From positions 1 through 31,914 of the forward strand of contig JALTLO010000111.1 of assembly GCA_027001995.1 (NCBI GenBank): a stretch of 31,914 nucleotides of DNA. The letters run 5' to 3'. The notes beneath the pieces are model-generated. The model did no database searches. It was not told the origin of the DNA and worked only from the letters and a program-made list of their open reading frames with translations. The position numbers and the translations under genes are program-made. Shown here piece after piece: positions 27,098 to 31,914 of this stretch. This DNA comes from Planctomycetota bacterium (GTDB taxonomy: Bacteria; Planctomycetota; GCA-002687715; DRQF01). Numbering within the stretch: position 1 is the first letter of the stretch; each line of letters starts with the position of its first letter.

Positions 27098-27125
27098 ATT
27101 CTACGGTGGTTTGGACCGATTTCAA
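27098..27125 (-). promoter_or_regulatory. Sigma70-type promoter for feoA
   Basis: Minus strand TTGAAA (27125-27120), 16-nt spacer, TAGAAT (27103-27098). The predicted +1 falls inside the inverted repeat, which is repressor geometry. Confidence 0.65.
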
Positions 27126-27236
27126 TGCGGACATTCGTCGCGGACACGAGGCTTGGCAACGGTCAACGGATTTCCGTCGGCATAGGCCAAGAAAAAAGCT
27201 GAGTCAGAATTTCATAAGCTATTTAACGTAAGCAAG

Positions 27237-27740
27237 TTAAGACTCTTTCTCTGCAAGGATCTTCCGCCCTCGATCGGACTCGGAGCAAGTCACACAAACG
27301 CCAAAAATTGTCAACGAATGTCGCAAAGAATGAAAACCAGCTTCTTGAGCAGCCTCGTCTTGCAGAGATTCAATCGAATCACTGTGAAATTCTAAGACCT
27401 GACTGCAAACGACACAGTACATGTGATCGTGATGACGATGCCCGTGGATATGTTCATAGTATTTGGCATCTTCCCCGAAGTCATGAGCTGCCAATAGTTT
27501 ACAGTCGAGCAAGATAGTCAAAGTGCGATAAAGTGTCGCTTTCGAGACTTGGACGTTTTCCGAGCGACACCGATCATAAAGTTCGTCCGCAGTGAAGTGG
27601 CTGTGGTCAGCGAAAATAAGGCTGAGGAGCCCCCTGCGGGCATTGGTCAGCTTCAAGCCCTGAGACTTCAGATAGGCCTCAAAGATTTCAACTTCCGAAC
27701 CAGGACCGGTGTGTTGTTTCTTGGCAAATTCAAAGGACAT
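27237..27740 (-). CDS. fur: Fur-family transcriptional regulator
   Basis: GLKLTNAR, HFTADEL, SKATLYRTL, YEH..GHRHHDHMYCVVC, FGVCVTC (two CxxC). Adjacent to Fur-boxed feoAB. Confidence 0.9.
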   Translation of the reverse strand: MSFEFAKKQHTGPGSEVEIFEAYLKSQGLKLTNARRGLLSLIFADHSHFTADELYDRCRSENVQVSKATLYRTLTILLDCKLLAAHDFGEDAKYYEHIHGHRHHDHMYCVVCSQVLEFHSDSIESLQDEAAQEAGFHSLRHSLTIFGVCVTCSESDRGRKILAEKES

Positions 27741-27825
27741 GGCAGCGCCTCTCGTCTATGGCCCCAATGAGTGGTGGCCTATTATGACTCCCCAATTGCC
27801 AGAATTCCAAGAAAGCTCTTTCGGC

Positions 27826-29100
27826 TCAGCGGTTCAAACCACGATGGCCAATATCGCGCCTGCAGAATGACCCGTCGAAACGAAGGCCATCAATCAACCC
27901 ATAGGCCTTTTCTCGAGCTTGAGCCAGGTCGTCCGCCATAGCCGTCACACCCAAAACCCGACCGCCGGTTGCCAAGTAATCGGGCCCTTCTTTTCTTGTG
28001 GCTGAGTGAAAGACTATGAGGTCATCACGGTCTTCAATTTCGCTCAAACCAAAGATCGGTTTTCCAGAGCCTACAGGCCCTGGATAGCCTTCTTGAGCTA
28101 CAACCACACAAACAGCCGGACGGGAATCCCAGACGATTTCGGCTTCATCCAATTTGCCGGCCGCGCATTGGTACATGAGTTTGGCAAAATCACCTTGGAA
28201 ACGAGCCATCAAGACTTGGCACTCTGGATCTCCGAAGCGCACGTTGAATTCGAGCACCTTAGGTCCTTTGGCCGTCATCATCAAACCGGCATAGAGAACA
28301 CCTGAAAAGGGCTTTTTCTCATGTTTCATAGCGTGGACGATAGGAACAAGAACCTCTCGCTCCACAGCTTCCTGCACCTCTGAGGTCACCACCGGGGCTG
28401 GAGAGTAGGCTCCCATCCCCCCTGTGTTGGGGCCTTCATCCCCATCAAATGCACGCTTATGGTCCTGGCTTGACTCCAAGACGCAAATGGTCTCGCCATC
28501 AGTCAACGCGATGATGCTGGCCTCTTCCCCCACCAAGAAATCTTCGATGACCACACGAGAGCCAGCCCCACCGAAAGTGCCATCGAGCATCATGGAAGTA
28601 ACAGCCTCTTCAGCCTCCTCGGCATTCTTGCAAATGAAGACACCTTTCCCCGAGGCCAGGCCAGAAGCCTTGACCACCAAGGGATAGTCCACAGTTTCTC
28701 GGACATAGGTGAGAGCCGCTTCACTTTCCTCGAATGTCCTATGGGTGGCTGTGGGAATCGAATGCTTGGCCATGACCTCCTTGCACCAGGCCTTGTCCCC
28801 TTCCAAGGCCGCCGCAGCAGCGGTGGGACCCAAGACCAATTGTCCCGCATCCTGAAATGCATCAACGATTCCTGCGCAAAGAGGTGCCTCTGGCCCCACA
28901 ATAGTCAGGTCAATGTGGGCTTTTTGGGCGAAACCGAGCAAGAGCTCTATGTCATTGGCGGCGATGTCAACACAGGTGGCATGCTGGGCGATTCCCCCGT
29001 TTCCAGGGGCACAAAACACCTGCTCGCATGATTCAGACTTCGACAAACGCCAGGCAAGGGAATGTTCCCGTCCACCACTACCGACAACCAAAATCTTCAT
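27826..29100 (-). CDS. purD: Phosphoribosylamine--glycine ligase
   Basis: Begins MKILVVGSGGREH; APGNGG, VGPEAPL, SQDHKR..DGDEGPNTGGMGAYSP, EFNVRFGDPE, GGRVLGV, RRDIG. Confidence 0.98.
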   Translation of the reverse strand: MKILVVGSGGREHSLAWRLSKSESCEQVFCAPGNGGIAQHATCVDIAANDIELLLGFAQKAHIDLTIVGPEAPLCAGIVDAFQDAGQLVLGPTAAAAALEGDKAWCKEVMAKHSIPTATHRTFEESEAALTYVRETVDYPLVVKASGLASGKGVFICKNAEEAEEAVTSMMLDGTFGGAGSRVVIEDFLVGEEASIIALTDGETICVLESSQDHKRAFDGDEGPNTGGMGAYSPAPVVTSEVQEAVEREVLVPIVHAMKHEKKPFSGVLYAGLMMTAKGPKVLEFNVRFGDPECQVLMARFQGDFAKLMYQCAAGKLDEAEIVWDSRPAVCVVVAQEGYPGPVGSGKPIFGLSEIEDRDDLIVFHSATRKEGPDYLATGGRVLGVTAMADDLAQAREKAYGLIDGLRFDGSFCRRDIGHRGLNR

Positions 29101-29278
29101 GACCGCGCTCCAGCATCCATGTCTTACGTTGCCGTCCAATCTATCACCACCACAGGTCATTCCCCACACGCAGCCCACGCATTATTCACGACCTTAAAGC
29201 TAACGAGGTTTGTGTGCCCCCCCTGCGCTGCCAACTCGGAACATGTGCACAGAAGAGGAGAATAGCCAGGAAAACCAC

Positions 29279-30853
29279 TTAAGGGCCAAAAGAGCGCGCT
29301 CGAAGAGAAGACCATACGATTCCTTTTTCAGCCACCTCACAGGACATCGTCGAAGGGCGATAAGCCAGAAATGCACGGTGAACGAAAAGGGGCGTCAACG
29401 GTTGATCCTTTTGCACCAGGGAAGCAAGGACTTGGCGCATCTTCGCTCTTTCATCTGGAGAAAAGCAAGTCTCCAGCTCGTTTAGCAGGCGGTCAAGCTT
29501 CTTACTCCGCAGCCCCATAAAATTGCGGCCGTTCTTTCCAACTTGAGATCCATGAAGGAGATCGGAAAACGAGGGCTCAACCTGGGGCACTCGCCAGATC
29601 AAAACGAAAGCGTCGAAACTTCGCTCCTCAAGACGCTTCAGAAGCACGGGCACAGAAAGCCGCTCAATCTCCAAGACGAAACCCGCTTGTGAAGCAGTCT
29701 CACGCCATGAAGTCAAAGTCGCTTCCAACCAAGGAATATTTCCGGCTGGTGCCAGCACCCGCAAAGAGAGGGGCCCATTTTCCCATTCCAGTTGACCGTC
29801 ACCGTCGACATCCTCAATGCCGGCTTTCTTCCACTCTGGAGTCGTCACAGGTTTTGCCAAGAATGACTCTGGGCTTTCTCGATAGAGCCCCGGGTGCACT
29901 TGAAGATCGTCGTTGCGCTTGGCAATCAGATCGCGAGGAATGGTTTGAGCCATGATCCGCCGTCGATGGGCATCGGCCATAATCCCCTCCCCGCAGTTCC
30001 AGCCGACAAAGCTAAAACTCGAAGTACTGAAACTCGCAGACTGAACAGAAGATGAATCCACAGCCTTCGCTTGTTTCCCACTCAAAGGAGCCAAATCGAT
30101 GGCGCCCTCCTTGAGAAGAATCGGCAATGTCCCCTGGTCCGAAACATAACGCAAAACCAATTTCTTCAGTTGAAACCGACCGCTCAGATCAGGACAAGAA
30201 TCTCCCCACCAAGGAAAGCGACGCTCCAACTCCGTCTCCCCAGTCCCTGTTTCAACGACAACAAAAGGGCCGCTCGAAAACTTGAGAATTTCTCGGTTGT
30301 CTTGAGCCGCCAACGCTTGGTCGTGAAGAACAACGAAGCTAGTGCCGAAACGTTCAACATCTAAATATCCGCATTTGGTGTAGGTCAACTCGAAGCTGAC
30401 CTTGTCAATCACTTCAACAGACAGCACCCCACGAATCGAATCAGCCAGCCGCCCCGGCGACTTACGGGCAAGAAGAGCTTCTATGGTGCGTTTGACGTTC
30501 TCCGACGTCAGGGGACTACCATCGGAGAACCGAGCTCCTGGTCGTAACTGCCAACGAATTTGATTCCCATTTCTTATGGGAATGGAAGCTGCGAGAGCGG
30601 GTTTCAGGGATTTCCCCTGAGGACTTCGCTCTAAGAGAGGTAGTGAAACCAACTGTTCCAGAATCAACGCTGACCGGGAGCTACGATGCAAAAACGGACT
30701 CAAAGAATCTGGTGCCGATGGAAACCCGATAACGATCTCACTGCTCGACGGCCTGTTGTTTTGGGATTCCTGGCAAGACGACAGAGCACCCCAGGCCAAG
30801 AAACCAAGAAGCAAGAACAGAAGATTTGGACGAATCACGTGTTTGCTTGCCAT
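29279..30853 (-). CDS. ABC transporter family-5 (peptide/nickel) solute-binding lipoprotein
   Basis: Lipobox ALSS-C; PDSLSP, LKPALA, WQLRPGARFSDGSPLTSENV, SSGPF, GRNFMG, DQPLTPLF. Start taken at ATG 30853 (GGAG upstream). Confidence 0.82.
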   Translation of the reverse strand: MASKHVIRPNLLFLLLGFLAWGALSSCQESQNNRPSSSEIVIGFPSAPDSLSPFLHRSSRSALILEQLVSLPLLERSPQGKSLKPALAASIPIRNGNQIRWQLRPGARFSDGSPLTSENVKRTIEALLARKSPGRLADSIRGVLSVEVIDKVSFELTYTKCGYLDVERFGTSFVVLHDQALAAQDNREILKFSSGPFVVVETGTGETELERRFPWWGDSCPDLSGRFQLKKLVLRYVSDQGTLPILLKEGAIDLAPLSGKQAKAVDSSSVQSASFSTSSFSFVGWNCGEGIMADAHRRRIMAQTIPRDLIAKRNDDLQVHPGLYRESPESFLAKPVTTPEWKKAGIEDVDGDGQLEWENGPLSLRVLAPAGNIPWLEATLTSWRETASQAGFVLEIERLSVPVLLKRLEERSFDAFVLIWRVPQVEPSFSDLLHGSQVGKNGRNFMGLRSKKLDRLLNELETCFSPDERAKMRQVLASLVQKDQPLTPLFVHRAFLAYRPSTMSCEVAEKGIVWSSLRARSFGP

Positions 30854-30893
30854 TTCATAGACTCCAAGGACCTGAGTCCGTTCCAAAGACTTC

Positions 30894-31914
30894 TTACTTC
30901 ATTTCGCCGAGACGTTTCAGCTTCTCATAAAGTGCAGTCCGTGAAATGCCTAAAAGTTTTGCAGCGGCTTTCTTTTCGCCGCCACACCACTTAATGGCAT
31001 TAAGGATAGCCTCGTGTTCAGTTTCCGATAGGGACTTGGGCTGTTGCCCTCGATAATCCCAAACATGCTCTGGTAAATCCGTGAGCCGCACTGTTCCGCC
31101 CACCACAAGGATTTTCAAACGAGCAACGAGGTTCCTGAGCTCTCTCACATTTCCCGGCCAAGAATATTCCTGCAAGGCGCTCATGGCCTCCTCCTCGAAC
31201 ACCAATTCTTGCCCTTTTTCCAGAGACAGAAAATGATCTACCAGCAGAGGAATATCCTCGGGACGCTCCCGCAAAGCAGGTAAAGAGACCGTCACTTGAG
31301 ACAAACGGTGATAGAGATCTTGACGAAAATCCTTACTGTCTTTTATCTCTCGGTTCGTAGCGAAAACGAAACGTACGTCGGCACAGTAACTCTCTTCGCT
31401 CCCCACTGGCCGCACGGCTTTTCCTTCCAGAGCTCGCAAGAGTTTAGCCTGCATGGAAAGGCTCAGCTCACCAATCTCGTCAAGAAACAATGTGCCACCA
31501 TCAGCACAGCGCAAGAGCCCTAAGCTATCCGTGGTCGCGCCTGTGAAGGCACCTTTTACATGGCCAAAGAACTCACTTTCTGCCAAAGACTCTGGGATCG
31601 TTGCGCAGTTGATGGCGACAAAACTCTTTTCAGCCCGAGAGGAAGAAGCGTGAATCGACTCCGCCGCAAGCTCCTTCCCAGATCCCGTCTCTCCGGTAAT
31701 GAGAATGCTCAGATCACTTCTGGCCGCCTTGGCCAAAACCCGATTCGTGGCTCTCAAGGCTTGGGATTTCCCGACCACAACCCCGAAACCAGCGCGCCTT
31801 CTGACCCGATCGAGTTCCTGAGATTGACTCTCCAGAATTCGCAAGGCCCGGGCTTCGCTTTCTTGAGCCAGCGCTTTTTCACGCTTATTCTCGTCAGCTC
31901 GATGGGCCAATGAA
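30894..31914 (-). CDS. Sigma-54-dependent enhancer-binding transcriptional activator (AAA+ and Fis HTH), 5' end outside the window
   Basis: Walker A GETGSGKE, ESEFFGHVKGAFTGA, Walker B LFLDEIGE, QAKLLR, WPGNVREL, HTH AAKLLGISRTALYEKL. Frame is open to the window edge. Confidence 0.95.
   Translation of the reverse strand, partial: SLAHRADENKREKALAQESEARALRILESQSQELDRVRRRAGFGVVVGKSQALRATNRVLAKAARSDLSILITGETGSGKELAAESIHASSSRAEKSFVAINCATIPESLAESEFFGHVKGAFTGATTDSLGLLRCADGGTLFLDEIGELSLSMQAKLLRALEGKAVRPVGSEESYCADVRFVFATNREIKDSKDFRQDLYHRLSQVTVSLPALRERPEDIPLLVDHFLSLEKGQELVFEEEAMSALQEYSWPGNVRELRNLVARLKILVVGGTVRLTDLPEHVWDYRGQQPKSLSETEHEAILNAIKWCGGEKKAAAKLLGISRTALYEKLKRLGEMK

Noticed and set aside
25971..27231. 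Long antisense ORFs (248 aa and 174 aa) over feoB/feoA, and similar shadow ORFs across the window
   Set aside because: They overlap well-supported genes on the opposite strand and lack motifs; expected shadows at this GC content.
1..31914. CRISPR arrays, IS elements, integrases, tRNA/rRNA, known defence systems
   Set aside because: No regularly spaced repeats, terminal inverted repeats, recombinase or transposase motifs, or structural RNA signatures were seen by eye; small RNAs could be missed without a covariance search.

Overview
Bacterial chromosomal window with no rRNA, tRNA, CRISPR array, transposase or phage genes recognisable. A diderm envelope is indicated by outer-membrane beta-barrels ending in Phe, LPS-core enzymes and lipoproteins. 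The gene mix suggests a Planctomycetota/PVC-type genome, which is inference only. Left to right: a truncated membrane protein; a translationally coupled 3-gene operon (LysM protein with a C-terminal membrane anchor, a polytopic membrane protein with four His motifs, and a small E/N-motif membrane protein); a secreted PQQ/sorbosone-dehydrogenase-family protein; an HtrA/DegQ protease; an LPS-core-type kinase facing a methyltransferase-WaaG-like pair; a lamin-tail-domain secreted protein; an AlgI-like MBOAT; M28 and C1 peptidases; a stand-alone 5'-3' exonuclease; CtaA; two tandem paralogous acidic porins. Then comes a minus-strand run: partial sigma-54 activator, family-5 binding lipoprotein, purD, fur, a Fur-boxed feoA-feoB-Cys-rich peptide unit, a prenyltransferase/squalene-cyclase-repeat lipoprotein, a membrane protein and a NIL protein. 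Best candidates for undescribed biology: (1) the LysM/4-His/E-N membrane operon; (2) the probable extension of the Fur-controlled feo operon into a terpene-cyclase-fold lipoprotein, membrane protein and NIL protein; (3) the duplicated coiled-coil porins; (4) a possible shared C-terminal sorting domain on two unrelated secreted proteins. All family calls come from motif recognition by eye; no searches were run.
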